64,000 bases of DNA from a virus. Below, one piece after another: positions 8,209-17,844 of this stretch. Under the pieces are notes generated by a model that saw only the letters and a list, made by a program, of their open reading frames with translations, was not told the origin of the DNA and ran no database searches. Within the stretch, counting starts at the first letter, position 1; the number at the start of each line of letters is the position of its first letter. The position numbers were made by a program, and so were the translations under genes. The stretch covers positions 1 to 64,000 of IMG/VR virus record IMGVR_UViG_3300036985_007703. The stretch is one strand, 5' to 3'.

Positions 8209-9355
8209 GCCCATCCTCGCCCACGGGAAGGCCCCACGCGCGCGCCTCCTCCCGCGTCGCCGTGCCGGGGTCCCGGCCCTCCGGCAGCACCACGGGGACC
8301 ACGCGCGTCCCCGTGCCCTGGAAGCGCCCCACGACCTCCGCGTTCATGCGCTGCCCCGCGAGGTCCCCGTCCCCGCACGCGTAGATGGGCTGGTCCCCCG
8401 CGAGCTGCGCCGCAAGGGCGAGCTGCGCCGCCGTGATGGCCGCCCCGAGGCACGCCATCGGCGCCCGCACCCCCATCTCGGCCAGCGCGATGGCGTCCGT
8501 CGGCCCCTCCACGAGCACCATGGGTTCCCCCGCCTGATGGAGGTGCGCCCCGTAGAGGAGCTGGCCCTTCGGCATGCCGGCCGTGTGGTAGTACTTCGTG
8601 TACCACGCCCCGCACTGCGGGCACTTGTGCGCCCGCTTGCCCTCGGCGTCCACCAGCGTGCGCCCGCAGCGGTAGCACCACTCCCGGTCCCAGTAGAGCC
8701 GCGCCGTGAACCCCGCCAGCCGCCCATCGGGCCAGCGCACGGGGAACACGAGGCGCCGCCGCCGCTCGTCGTGCCCGAGGCCCCACCGCCGGTATGTCGC
8801 CTCCGAGATCCCGCGCTCGCTGGCATAGGCCGGCATGGGCGCCGCGGCAAAGGCCTCGGCCTCGGCCTCGGGCGGGGGCACATAGGGGCGCGCCTCGCGC
8901 AGGGGCGCCGCCTCCCGCCCGTCGAGCCCGAGCTGCCGCCGGGGCATCGCCCCCACGTCGATCACGCGCGCTGCCCCCCGCAGGGCCCCGCCAGGGTTGT
9001 AGTCGAGCACGCGCGGGGGCGGCGCCGTCGGGGGCCCCAGGTCCTGCGCCTCGTTGAGCGCCGCCAGGTAGTAGCGCCCCCGCCGCACCCCCAGCTCCCA
9101 GACGAGCCCCACGAGCGAGCCGTGCGCCCCGCACGCGAGGCAACGGTAGGCCGCGCCCTCGCTGTCCACGAAGACCGAACACGAGGGGTGCTCGTCGCGC
9201 CCCCCGCGATGATTCCACTCCGCCATGGGGCATGCGAGGTCAATCTTGTCGCCCCGCACGCGCCGCTCCTGGATCCCCAACGCGTGCAGCACCGCCAGCG
9301 CCCGGCGGTGACTCCACGTGCCCCAGTGCCGCCTGGGCAACGCATGATCGTCCAT
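8204..9355 (-). CDS. DnaG-type DNA primase
   Basis: N-terminal Zn domain (CP...H...DEHPS...CLACG), YASERGIS, RLVFP, GFTAR, TOPRIM VEGPTD...GDGDLAG. Confidence 0.9.
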   Translation of the reverse strand: MDDHALPRRHWGTWSHRRALAVLHALGIQERRVRGDKIDLACPMAEWNHRGGRDEHPSCSVFVDSEGAAYRCLACGAHGSLVGLVWELGVRRGRYYLAALNEAQDLGPPTAPPPRVLDYNPGGALRGAARVIDVGAMPRRQLGLDGREAAPLREARPYVPPPEAEAEAFAAAPMPAYASERGISEATYRRWGLGHDERRRRLVFPVRWPDGRLAGFTARLYWDREWCYRCGRTLVDAEGKRAHKCPQCGAWYTKYYHTAGMPKGQLLYGAHLHQAGEPMVLVEGPTDAIALAEMGVRAPMACLGAAITAAQLALAAQLAGDQPIYACGDGDLAGQRMNAEVVGRFQGTGTRVVPVVLPEGRDPGTATREEARAWGLPVGEDGR

Positions 9356-9362
9356 GGGCCCC

Positions 9363-9578
9363 CTAATTCAGCGGCACATTGGCATCGTTGCACGCCTCGA
9401 TCACGAACCCCCGGATCTCCTCCAGCACGGATCCCTCCGCCTCCGTGGTCTCACCCTTGAGACGCCGGCGCAGGTGCTCCAGCAACTCGTCAATGACGGC
9501 ACGCAAGGCATCCCCGTGCAACGCATTGTCCAACGCCGGCCGGTCCTCCGGCAACGCAAACTCGATGGTTACGCGCAT
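9363..9578 (-). CDS. small hypothetical protein (MRVTIEFALPED)
   Basis: RBS-preceded short ORF between helicase and primase. Confidence 0.6.
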   Translation of the reverse strand: MRVTIEFALPEDRPALDNALHGDALRAVIDELLEHLRRRLKGETTEAEGSVLEEIRGFVIEACNDANVPLN

Positions 9579-9588
9579 CACACCCTCC

Positions 9589-12174
9589 CTAGAACGGCAG
9601 ATCGAGGTCGTCCTGCGGGGACGCCGCGGGCAGCGCCGCGACCGGCCCCGGCTTGAAGCCATCGTCGTTGTAGTCAACCCGCCCCGACTTCTGGATCTCG
9701 GTGAAGTTGCAGGCCGTGAAGTCCCAGTTGGTCTCCACGGGCCCCTCCGAGTAGCCGCGGCGGATCTTCAGCGGCACGTACCGCATGCGCCGGTCCAACT
9801 TCATGTCCGCGTCCTGCTCCATGGCGAACACCGCGTGGGCGTCCATGCCCACCTGGTCGGAGAAGGCGATCGTCCCGAGGCGCGTGCCGCCGCCCAGCTT
9901 CGCGCTGACCTCCTGGTTGCGGTTCTGCTGGCTGAACGCCACGAGCGCGAACTGGTGCCGCTTGGCCATGTTGAGCGACCACTCCAGCACGCGCTCCGTG
10001 CGCTCGAAGCGGTTGCCCGGCACCTTGAGGTTGTACAGCGTGTCCAGCAGGACGACGTCCGGGTGGATCGCCCGGATGCGCGCCTCGATGCTCCGCGGCG
10101 AGAGGTCGTCCTCCTGGTCCATGATCCAGATGCCGTCCGACGCGCTCAGGTCCGTCACCACGCGCTTGAGGCGCTGCAGCTCAAACTCGGTCAGGGTGCC
10201 CCGCACGAGCCCCGTCTGGCTCACGTGCGCCTGCACCGCGAAGAAGCGCTCGGCCACCTCCAGGCGGCTCATCTCCGGCGAGATGATCAGCACCCGGCGC
10301 CCCGCCTCCTTCCACGCGTGCTGCGCGAGGAGCACCAGGGTTACGGAGTTGTGGACCACTAGGTCATTGGCCACAAAGCTATGCGTCCCCATGACGGTTA
10401 GGTCATAGACCTCGTGTGCCCCGTCATCCTCCAAGCGCACAATCTCATCCCATGCGCAATCCAAGATGGGCCGCAGCGCGTGCGCTTCAAAGGCCTCCAC
10501 AAACGCCGCAAAAGTACGGCGGCTCACCGTGCGGCGCCGATACACCTTGTCTACCGAAGTGAATGTTGTCATTCCCAACGCCGCAGACATCTGCGCATAC
10601 CGCCGCACGCGCTCACTTGTCGTAAAGCCCCCCACGATGCGTTGCAGTGCTGCCTTGAGCTGCGGTAAAATCGGTACGTTATCCAAATTCGGGTTTACCG
10701 CATCCATCAACCGCGCGCACTTCGCCGCCTTCGCCCCGACGATCGGGAGGGCCTCGCGGAACGCCTGGTGACACGTGGCGTTGATGGTAAAGGTCCAGGA
10801 ATCGAACACTGCACCGTCCAACTTGACGGGCTTAAACCGGATGCGCCCATGTACCCCAAAGCGCAACATGAGGCGCTGCACCTGATACACCATCTCGCGC
10901 GAGGCCAACCCTAATTCAGCCACATAGTACGACTCTCCCCGCCGCGTCTTTAATGTCGGGAAGGATCCGTCACAGCTCCACAGCATACCCAAGAAGCGCG
11001 CTAGCGATTGGTTGTCGTACTGAAACACACGATCTGGGATTGTCTTGTGCTTCGACAGCACGCGCCCCACGCCCCACGCCTTGAGCAATTCTCCGATTGG
11101 ATTAGCCCCATGTCCCTGCACCCCATCCACACGACGCACCGTATACGTTGGCCCCTCAGCGGATGTTTTGTTTAGCTCTCCACCAAAATGCTCAACAGCC
11201 GCACGCACCCTCTCAACAACCCCAGCATCCTTCTTCGTAAAGAAAATCCCTGTATTCGTCAGACCACCATCAGCCAGCAACGCCGCGATCAGCTCGGGCT
11301 CATGCGGCCCCGGCGCAATTGGGCGCTCCGGCTCAGGCACCACGCGCGGCACCGCCACGTAGTCCCCCACCTGCAGCTCGTCCATGCGCCGCCACCCATC
11401 TACCGTCCACACGGGATGCTCGGGCGTCGCCGACAGCTCGCGCCCCCCATGCGTGGTGAGCTTGCGGCACTCCTTCGTGCCCATCGGCAAGAACGCGTCG
11501 GGCGTGACGGCTTGGATGCGCCCGTCCAGGTGGCGCGTAAACACGCGCTCCCGCCCACGCACCACCTCCGCGATAGTCTTATAAACACCCGTTTCTGCAC
11601 ACATAACAGGTGTATCGTATCGGGCACACTTGCCCATACCGGGGCGCCCCACGAACATCGTGAGGGTGCCCGGCCACATCCCCTGGGTCATCGCCGTCAT
11701 GCTCGGCCAGGGGTAGGGCACCCCCACGTAGCCCTGGAGCATCCGCTCGTAGGTCGAGACCACGTCCGCCCCCGCCGCGAACAGCGTCTTGGGCGGGGCC
11801 TGCTCCTGCACCGCGCTGCTCTCGACGAGCGCCTGGAGGTTGGTCAGGGCGCCACCGGGATCGTTGCCCCGCATGGCCCCCATCGCGTTCTCGATGCCCT
11901 CCCGCAGCTGGCGGAAGAGCTTGCGGCTCCGCACCTCCGCGAGCACGTAGCCGGGGTCCGTGCCGGGATCCTCGGGCGTGACCCCGCAGAGGTCGACCAC
12001 GGCCACGGTCCCCGGCAGCGTCCCGTAGTCGCGCACGTGGTCCGCGATGAAGCCGAAGGCCCGCCGCGCTTCGGGCAGGTCACAATCCATCGGGCCGATG
12101 CCCGTCCCCACGATCCGGTCATAGTGGTCGCGCGAGACTAAGAGGGCCCACAGCAAGTTGCGATCAAGATCCAT
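9589..12174 (-). CDS. dnaB: DnaB-like replicative helicase containing an intein
   Basis: Walker A GRPGMGK|S split by the intein; ISPEMS, VLLD, SQQNR, DQVGMDAH; C-terminus DDLDLPF. Confidence 0.9.
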   Translation of the reverse strand: MDLDRNLLWALLVSRDHYDRIVGTGIGPMDCDLPEARRAFGFIADHVRDYGTLPGTVAVVDLCGVTPEDPGTDPGYVLAEVRSRKLFRQLREGIENAMGAMRGNDPGGALTNLQALVESSAVQEQAPPKTLFAAGADVVSTYERMLQGYVGVPYPWPSMTAMTQGMWPGTLTMFVGRPGMGKCARYDTPVMCAETGVYKTIAEVVRGRERVFTRHLDGRIQAVTPDAFLPMGTKECRKLTTHGGRELSATPEHPVWTVDGWRRMDELQVGDYVAVPRVVPEPERPIAPGPHEPELIAALLADGGLTNTGIFFTKKDAGVVERVRAAVEHFGGELNKTSAEGPTYTVRRVDGVQGHGANPIGELLKAWGVGRVLSKHKTIPDRVFQYDNQSLARFLGMLWSCDGSFPTLKTRRGESYYVAELGLASREMVYQVQRLMLRFGVHGRIRFKPVKLDGAVFDSWTFTINATCHQAFREALPIVGAKAAKCARLMDAVNPNLDNVPILPQLKAALQRIVGGFTTSERVRRYAQMSAALGMTTFTSVDKVYRRRTVSRRTFAAFVEAFEAHALRPILDCAWDEIVRLEDDGAHEVYDLTVMGTHSFVANDLVVHNSVTLVLLAQHAWKEAGRRVLIISPEMSRLEVAERFFAVQAHVSQTGLVRGTLTEFELQRLKRVVTDLSASDGIWIMDQEDDLSPRSIEARIRAIHPDVVLLDTLYNLKVPGNRFERTERVLEWSLNMAKRHQFALVAFSQQNRNQEVSAKLGGGTRLGTIAFSDQVGMDAHAVFAMEQDADMKLDRRMRYVPLKIRRGYSEGPVETNWDFTACNFTEIQKSGRVDYNDDGFKPGPVAALPAASPQDDLDLPF
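10348..11628 (-). mobile_element. intein with LAGLIDADG homing endonuclease (427 aa)
   Basis: Starts CARYDTPV, block B TPEHPV, LIAALLADG and FLGMLWSCDG, ends VYDLTV...HSFVANDLVVHN|S; visibly lower GC than its flanks. Confidence 0.95.
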
Positions 12175-12185
12175 GTGCGCCCCCC

Positions 12186-12875
12186 TTATCGCGGCTTGTC
12201 GCCGGTGAAGATCATCTCTACCACGTCATCGAGCGCGCCCTCGCGGAGGTCGGCCCCCACCATCGCGATCGGCACCGCGGTCTCGCTCAGCATGTGGATC
12301 GTGCTCGCCTTGAGGTACTCCTCCAGCTGGCTCGCGTCGCCCTTCCGCCGGGGGATCGCGCTCATGTTGGTCGTGATCAGCGTCGTGCGGCAGTAGGCGC
12401 CCCGGAAGCGCAGCAGCTCGTCCAGCAGGCGCTCCTCGGCCCCCTCCTTGTCGCGCACCCCCTTCCCGAGGTCGTCGAGCACGAGCACGTCCACGTCGAG
12501 GATGCGCTCCCAGAGGAGCTTCTCCCCCTCGAAGCCCTTACTCCCGAACTTGATGTCCTTGAGGGCCGCGGCCTCGATAAACAGCCCCGTGTTCCCGCGC
12601 CGGCGCGCCTCCTTGAGGGCGATCACGGCCGCTGAGGTCTTGCCCGTGCCGTTCTTCCCGTGCAGCACGAGGCCCACGCCGCGCGCCAGCATGTCGTCCA
12701 GGGCCACGAGGTAGTTGTACAGCTCCATCTTGTGCGGCCCCGCGCTTACCCCGTCGAAGTGCGCGTCGCGATAGCGCAAGGGGATCCGCATCCGCTCCAT
12801 GTCCTTGAGGTTCAGCTGCCGGCGCATCCCGCTGCGCGCCTCGGCCACCTGCTCCAGGTCCTGCTCATCAGTCAT
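12186..12875 (-). CDS. DnaC/IstB-like AAA+ helicase loader
   Basis: IPLRYRDAHF, GLVLHGKNGTGKT, VLVLDDLGK, TLITTN. Confidence 0.88.
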   Translation of the reverse strand: MTDEQDLEQVAEARSGMRRQLNLKDMERMRIPLRYRDAHFDGVSAGPHKMELYNYLVALDDMLARGVGLVLHGKNGTGKTSAAVIALKEARRRGNTGLFIEAAALKDIKFGSKGFEGEKLLWERILDVDVLVLDDLGKGVRDKEGAEERLLDELLRFRGAYCRTTLITTNMSAIPRRKGDASQLEEYLKASTIHMLSETAVPIAMVGADLREGALDDVVEMIFTGDKPR

Positions 12876-13461
12876 GGCGTCCACCGCCCTCCGGGCCGTC
12901 CCACTCGTCAAAGTTCTTCTTGCGCTCGCGCGCCTCGTCCTTCGCCGCCCCCTTGCGCGGCGCCCGCAGCGCGGGGACCTCGCCCCGCAACTGCCAGGCG
13001 TCGAAGACGCGCCCCCGCGCAGCATACAGCATATCGATCGTGGGGGGATCCCCCTTGGCCGCGCGGGCCATGGTCGCCTCGACCACAGCGCGCACGAGGT
13101 CCCAGCCGTACTCCTGCACGAGCAGCTTGGCCCAGCGCTTCTGCACGACGGTCCAGGCCGGGGGCTGGTAGTCCTTCCCGTAGCGCTCCTGCATGGCCCC
13201 CCGCCATACCCGCGCCACGTCGCCCGCGTTGCGGGCCCGCGCCGCCGCCGCCGTGGCATCCGCCGCCGCGGTCTCCACCTGCGCCGCCGTCATGGACTCC
13301 GCCCCCGCGGGAGCCCGTGGAGCCCGCCCCTCGGGGCGCTGCGCCCGCATCACCGCCTTCATGGCGCGCGCCGCAAGCGACCGCGCCTGCGCCTCAGCCG
13401 AGATCGCCTGCAGTTCCGCGAGCCCCGGCCGCCGCCGCGTTGTCGTTGGATTCTGTGTCAT
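12868..13461 (-). CDS. hypothetical protein, possible replication initiator or loader partner
   Basis: Translationally coupled directly upstream of the DnaC-like gene. Confidence 0.5.
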   Translation of the reverse strand: MTQNPTTTRRRPGLAELQAISAEAQARSLAARAMKAVMRAQRPEGRAPRAPAGAESMTAAQVETAAADATAAAARARNAGDVARVWRGAMQERYGKDYQPPAWTVVQKRWAKLLVQEYGWDLVRAVVEATMARAAKGDPPTIDMLYAARGRVFDAWQLRGEVPALRAPRKGAAKDEARERKKNFDEWDGPEGGGRHD

Positions 13462-13774
13462 CGTCAGCCCTCAACTGTTCGCCGCGGTGATCCACCGCGG
13501 CCCTGCTCTCAACTATGACAAACTGCGGGGCCTCGACCGTGAGGACCCGCCCGCTCTCCAGCCGCACCGCGAGCCGCGCCCACCGCGCGCGCCCCCCGTG
13601 CAGCCGCATCCGCCCGTCGATCCGGGCCGTAAACTCCTGCGCCTCTGCCGCGCGCATCGCCTCCACGCAGTCACGCCACGTCTCCACGACCTCGACCACG
13701 CCCTCCTCGGGGTGGAGGTCGTCCCCGACGATCCGCGCGCGATCCCCGAGGTACGCGGGGCGCGTGGCCCTCAC
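13394..13774 (-). CDS. hypothetical protein
   Basis: GTG coupled to the upstream stop; C-terminal part of track ORF 13394..14299. Confidence 0.45.
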   Translation of the reverse strand: MRATRPAYLGDRARIVGDDLHPEEGVVEVVETWRDCVEAMRAAEAQEFTARIDGRMRLHGGRARWARLAVRLESGRVLTVEAPQFVIVESRAAVDHRGEQLRADDDTESNDNAAAAGARGTAGDLG

Positions 13775-14190
13775 AGCGGCACCAGGCGCGCCCACAGGCC
13801 GGGGCACACGCGGTCCACCACCTGCGGCGGCACGCTCTCCGCGCCCAGCCACGCGGGGGCCCGCAGCTCCCGCGCATCCCACGCCCAGCCATCGATCCGC
13901 AGCACGCGCCGGCGCACCACGTTGCGCGAGATCCGGTGCAGGGAGGCCACGCCATCCGCGCACGCCACGCTGTCCAGCAGGCGCTCCTGCCAGGGCATCC
14001 CAAACCGCCCCGGCGCGATCTCGACGGCAACCCCCGGCGCGACGAGCCCCCGCCGCACCGCGCGATCCTCGGCGAGGACCATGGCCCCCGTCGCCAGGCC
14101 CATGGCGCGCAGCACATCGCCGTCGAGCGCCGCAAACACCCCACGCCGCGCCACCGCCGCCTGGGGCCGCCTGGCCAACGCGTGCATCAC
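13771..14190 (-). CDS. hypothetical protein
   Basis: ORF with coupled start and stop. Confidence 0.5.
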   Translation of the reverse strand: MMHALARRPQAAVARRGVFAALDGDVLRAMGLATGAMVLAEDRAVRRGLVAPGVAVEIAPGRFGMPWQERLLDSVACADGVASLHRISRNVVRRRVLRIDGWAWDARELRAPAWLGAESVPPQVVDRVCPGLWARLVPL

Positions 14191-14552
14191 GCCCCGCGCC
14201 TCGCCACCCCGCCCGCGCTGCGGCGGCTCTTGTTCTCGCTCTCCGTGATGTAATCGAGGTCCATGTGGACCCCAGCCTTGCCCTGGAAGGCCGCCACAAA
14301 CGACCGCAGCGAGCAGATGAGATGCGCGTTGCGCCCCACCACCTGCCCCACGTCGTCGGGGTGCGTGTGCAACTCCGCGATGAGCCGACTCGCGCCAGGC
14401 ACCACGTCCACGACCACCCGCTCGGGGTGGTTGACGATGGTCTTCACGACCACCTCGATCAGCCCCCGCAGCTCCTCGATCACGCCCTGCGGGATGCGCG
14501 CCCGCCGGTCCTCGGCCTGCTGTTCCGCCTGCTGTCCTTGCATCTCTGCCAC
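14187..14552 (-). CDS. khpA: KhpA-like single KH-domain RNA-binding protein
   Basis: LIEVVVKTIVNHPERVVV...ELHTHPDDVGQVVGRNAHLICSLR matches the KhpA/UPF0109 pattern. Confidence 0.85.
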   Translation of the reverse strand: MAEMQGQQAEQQAEDRRARIPQGVIEELRGLIEVVVKTIVNHPERVVVDVVPGASRLIAELHTHPDDVGQVVGRNAHLICSLRSFVAAFQGKAGVHMDLDYITESENKSRRSAGGVARRGA

Positions 14553-14564
14553 CGTTCCGCTGAG

Positions 14565-14876
14565 CTAGAAGCCCAGCTCGCTGTCGGCGCGCTCGCGCGC
14601 GGCCACCCGCTCATCCACATCCTGCTTAGTTAGCCCTGCCCGCCGCCGCCCGTTCGTGCACCGCGCGCGCTCCCGCGCCTCGCGCAACTCCCGCAACTTG
14701 CCCCCGTAGGTCCGCGCCTGGCGCTGGATCCACGAGCCGTCCGCCGCTACGAGCCCCACGCCCGCCCGCAGCCCCTCGCGAAGGGCTAGCAGCCGTTGAC
14801 GCACTTGTGGGTTGATCTTGATGCACAGCAGTTCATCCAACAGCATCACCGCATCGTCGTAGCCGTCCACGTTCAA
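14565..14876 (-). CDS. hypothetical protein
   Basis: ORF track. Confidence 0.5.
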   Translation of the reverse strand: MNVDGYDDAVMLLDELLCIKINPQVRQRLLALREGLRAGVGLVAADGSWIQRQARTYGGKLRELREARERARCTNGRRRAGLTKQDVDERVAARERADSELGF

Positions 14877-14926
14877 CCTCGCAACACGGGCACATCGGCC
14901 GTGCCCCAGCTTACCCGCGCAACCGC

Positions 14927-15547
14927 CTACCGCGCAAGATCGGGGGTCGCCCCAATCGCAAACGCCCCCAACGCCCGTGGGCCCTCCCAGCGCACGGGAT
15001 GGACCTTATCGAGCACCCGCATGGCCGCCTCCAGGCCCCCCGCCCGGTAGGTCGCGCCCCGCAGCGCGAGCCCCGCGAGGTCCTCCGTGAGGGGCGGCAC
15101 CCAGGGGCCCACCAGATCGTAGGTGGCCTCCGCGACCACCCATGCCCCCTCCTCCAGGGGGGAGAACCACCCCGGCACGTCCGCAGCGCGCTCCCCCCAG
15201 CCCCCCACGACCAGCCCAACGGCGTGTCGCATGAGGCCGAAGGCCAGCCACTCAAAGCGCTCCAGCGGGGCCAGCGCCAGCACCGCCGTCAGCGGCAGGG
15301 GGATCTGCCCCAGCAGCGCCCACTCCGGCATCGTCCGCAGCTCCATGGGGCGCCCCCGCGCCACCTCCTGGCCGTCCGGCCCCAGGTGGACCCAGGTCGA
15401 GCCCTCCCACACGATCCGATCCTGCACCTCCAGCGTGAGCCCCGTGGGGCCCCGCGTCGCCCGCACCCACAGGCCGTCCGGGCTGCGCCCCCAGTGCACG
15501 CTCGGCGGCGCCATGCTCGGCCCGCTCACGCGCCAATGCGGCCTCAT
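14927..15547 (-). CDS. hypothetical Trp-rich protein
   Basis: ORF track; start uncertain. Confidence 0.5.
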   Translation of the reverse strand: MRPHWRVSGPSMAPPSVHWGRSPDGLWVRATRGPTGLTLEVQDRIVWEGSTWVHLGPDGQEVARGRPMELRTMPEWALLGQIPLPLTAVLALAPLERFEWLAFGLMRHAVGLVVGGWGERAADVPGWFSPLEEGAWVVAEATYDLVGPWVPPLTEDLAGLALRGATYRAGGLEAAMRVLDKVHPVRWEGPRALGAFAIGATPDLAR

Positions 15548-15833
15548 AGCTCGCCTCGGAGATCAGCAGGGACTCGTGCACATAGGCCACGCACCCGTTT
15601 AGCTCGATGGGCACGAGGTCCTTGTTGCGCCCATCCCGCTTGATCGCGTCGCGCATCCGCGCGCGCACCTCGGCCGTGTGCTCGGCCATCCGCACCCGCG
15701 CCCCCGCCGGCAACGTGTAGAACCCCGATGGGCCCACGTAGCCCGCGCGCTCCGCCACGTAGCGCGGCACGTGCCACGAGGAGGGCCTCCGCGTGCGCAC
15801 CCACGTCCCCGCCTCGCGCGGAGGAGCCACTGG

Positions 15834-16511
15834 TCATCCCTTCGCTAGCTCAGCGCGCATGGCCGCCAGCTCGGCCGCCGCCTCCGCCTCGGACGCGGCC
15901 TCCACCACAGGATCCACCTCAGGCACCGCCTCGGGCACAGGCAGCCCCAAGGCCTCCGCAGCGCTCGGCGTGAGCCCCCCCTCAGGGCGGGCCGCGGCCT
16001 CCGCCGCCAGCTCCTCCGGCGTGAGCCGGTGCACCACGAGGTTGCCCTCGGGATCGCGCTCGTCGGGCCGCACCCGCACGTTCTGCGGGACGAAGCCCAG
16101 GGGAAACTTCACCCCCCGCGGGAAGACCCAGAGGTGGCGCTCCGTGAGGCCCTCCATCACGCGGTCCGCCGCCGGATACAGCTCGATCGCCTCGGTGTCC
16201 TCGCCCAGCAGTTCGGCCTTCGCGCGCTGCGCCTCATCCCACGTGAGGTCCAGGTGGTCCTTCGTGCCCACCATGGCCAGATGCGTGATCATGATGGGCT
16301 CCCCGTTGGGATCCTTGAACAACACCGACGGGAGGGAGTGCGCGAGCACCATGCAGCGATCGTTGCGCCACACGCGCTCCACGAGCACCCCGAGGTTCTC
16401 CCGCGCCACCGCGGGATCCAGCTCCTCCCACGCGCCCCAGACCTCGCGCGTCAGGGCCTGCCCGTTCGCCCCCACGAGCGTCAACTTGCGATTAACCGTC
16501 CTGCGTCCCAT
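15834..16511 (-). CDS. conserved phage protein (DUF7694-like)
   Basis: LTWDEAQRAKAELLGEDTEAIELYP...RHLWVFP motif, recognised from memory. Confidence 0.55.
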   Translation of the reverse strand: MGRRTVNRKLTLVGANGQALTREVWGAWEELDPAVARENLGVLVERVWRNDRCMVLAHSLPSVLFKDPNGEPIMITHLAMVGTKDHLDLTWDEAQRAKAELLGEDTEAIELYPAADRVMEGLTERHLWVFPRGVKFPLGFVPQNVRVRPDERDPEGNLVVHRLTPEELAAEAAARPEGGLTPSAAEALGLPVPEAVPEVDPVVEAASEAEAAAELAAMRAELAKG

Positions 16512-16914
16512 TGCTCTCAGCTTTCCCGGCCCGCTGGCCGCTGGCCATCACCGCCGCGATCCACTGCGGATCGCACAGCTCATCCACCTCGATCGTCTGC
16601 ATCCGGCCATCATCTAACGCCAACTCGGCAGCCACCGCCGCCGCCGCCCGTTCGGCATCATACTGCCGCGCGATCACGCGCAGCGCCGCCTGGTAGTGCC
16701 CCAGCAGCGCCCGTGCGATCTGCTCCACCCCGACCATGCGCTCCCGCGCGTACCGCAGGTTGTGAATGATCTCGTAAAGCCCCCGGATGTCGGGCTGGTC
16801 GAGCCCCAGGAGCCGCGCCTGCGCGAGGCTCAGGCACTCCGCGATCTCGCTCTCGCGCGTCGCGCGGTACCCTTCCGGCGTCTGGCGCATGGCGTCCGCC
16901 TGCGTGTCAGTCAT
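16492..16914 (-). CDS. hypothetical helical protein (MTDTQAD)
   Basis: GGAGG RBS; downstream of the promoter at 16986. Confidence 0.6.
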   Translation of the reverse strand: MTDTQADAMRQTPEGYRATRESEIAECLSLAQARLLGLDQPDIRGLYEIIHNLRYARERMVGVEQIARALLGHYQAALRVIARQYDAERAAAAVAAELALDDGRMQTIEVDELCDPQWIAAVMASGQRAGKAESNGTQDG

Positions 16915-16985
16915 AGGGGCCTCCGTTGCGCATGCGCATGCGCAGATCAGATTAGGGGCGCCGTCGTTATTCCATGGCCGCCGGT

Positions 16986-16996
16986 GGTTTGTCAAC
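16986..16996 (-). promoter_or_regulatory. GTTGACAAACC -35 element
   Basis: Exact family motif; the -10 element is weak. Confidence 0.5.
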
Positions 16997-17004
16997 CGGA
17001 AAGA

Positions 17005-17625
17005 TCACCCCGCGTCAAGAGCAAACGGAGCCCGGCGATCGACGGTCCATCGCGCCCACGCCTGGGTGGTCTCCTCAGCCGCCGGATCGCGATCGTGATG
17101 CCAGCAGTGGTAGATCCCGCGGTACCGCTTGCCGCGCCGGGGATCCGCCTGCGGGCGGTGGCAGCCCGACACCTCGCACGTGGGCCGCGCCAAGTAGTGA
17201 TCCAGGCAGATCGGCCCCACATCCGTGAGGCGCACCTCGACGTCCGCCTCGCAGTCGTCGCACTGGCAGAGGATGTCGGTCCCCTCGCTGCGCACCCAGT
17301 CGATCAGCCGCCGGTCCACGCCGCGCGGGTAGCGCCCCTCGACATCATCAGCAGGCGCAACCGGGCGCAGGGGCACAGGCAGGGCCGTCTCAGGGCCAAT
17401 AGTCGTCTGCGGCACCGCGAGGAGGAGGTGCCGTAAAACCGCGATCGTCGCTGGGGGGAGGATCGGCACTGTAGGGGGAAGGGGCTGCGGAGGGGCGGGC
17501 TTCGTTTTCGGCGTATCTGAGCCAAGGCTGGTCGAAGTCGCGATCGTTGTACATCGGCGTGGACCTCCATGCAGGGGCTTGTGAGCGGCCTTCATAATGC
17601 CTCCCTTGTCGGCGCTGCGCAACAA
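17005..17625 (-). CDS. hypothetical protein with a C-terminal Cys/His Zn-binding region
   Basis: CQCDDC...CLDH...CEVSGC...CWHH; start uncertain. Confidence 0.45.
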   Translation of the reverse strand: MLRSADKGGIMKAAHKPLHGGPRRCTTIATSTSLGSDTPKTKPAPPQPLPPTVPILPPATIAVLRHLLLAVPQTTIGPETALPVPLRPVAPADDVEGRYPRGVDRRLIDWVRSEGTDILCQCDDCEADVEVRLTDVGPICLDHYLARPTCEVSGCHRPQADPRRGKRYRGIYHCWHHDRDPAAEETTQAWARWTVDRRAPFALDAG

Positions 17626-17844
17626 ACGCGCAGACGCTCGCGGCCTTACAACTCAAGGGCCTCCGCTCGCGAGGTGCCGTAACGCACCCGCCCTATTCCG
17701 CCACCGACCTCACCCCTTGCGATGGGAGCCTAATGCTGAACATGCTTCCAGCGCTACCACCTGCTCACGCGCCCGTCAATAGAGCGCTGTTACAGCAACA
17801 TCGCTTTTTTATTGTCTAGCTAGATCGCGGACGGTCACGGACGA

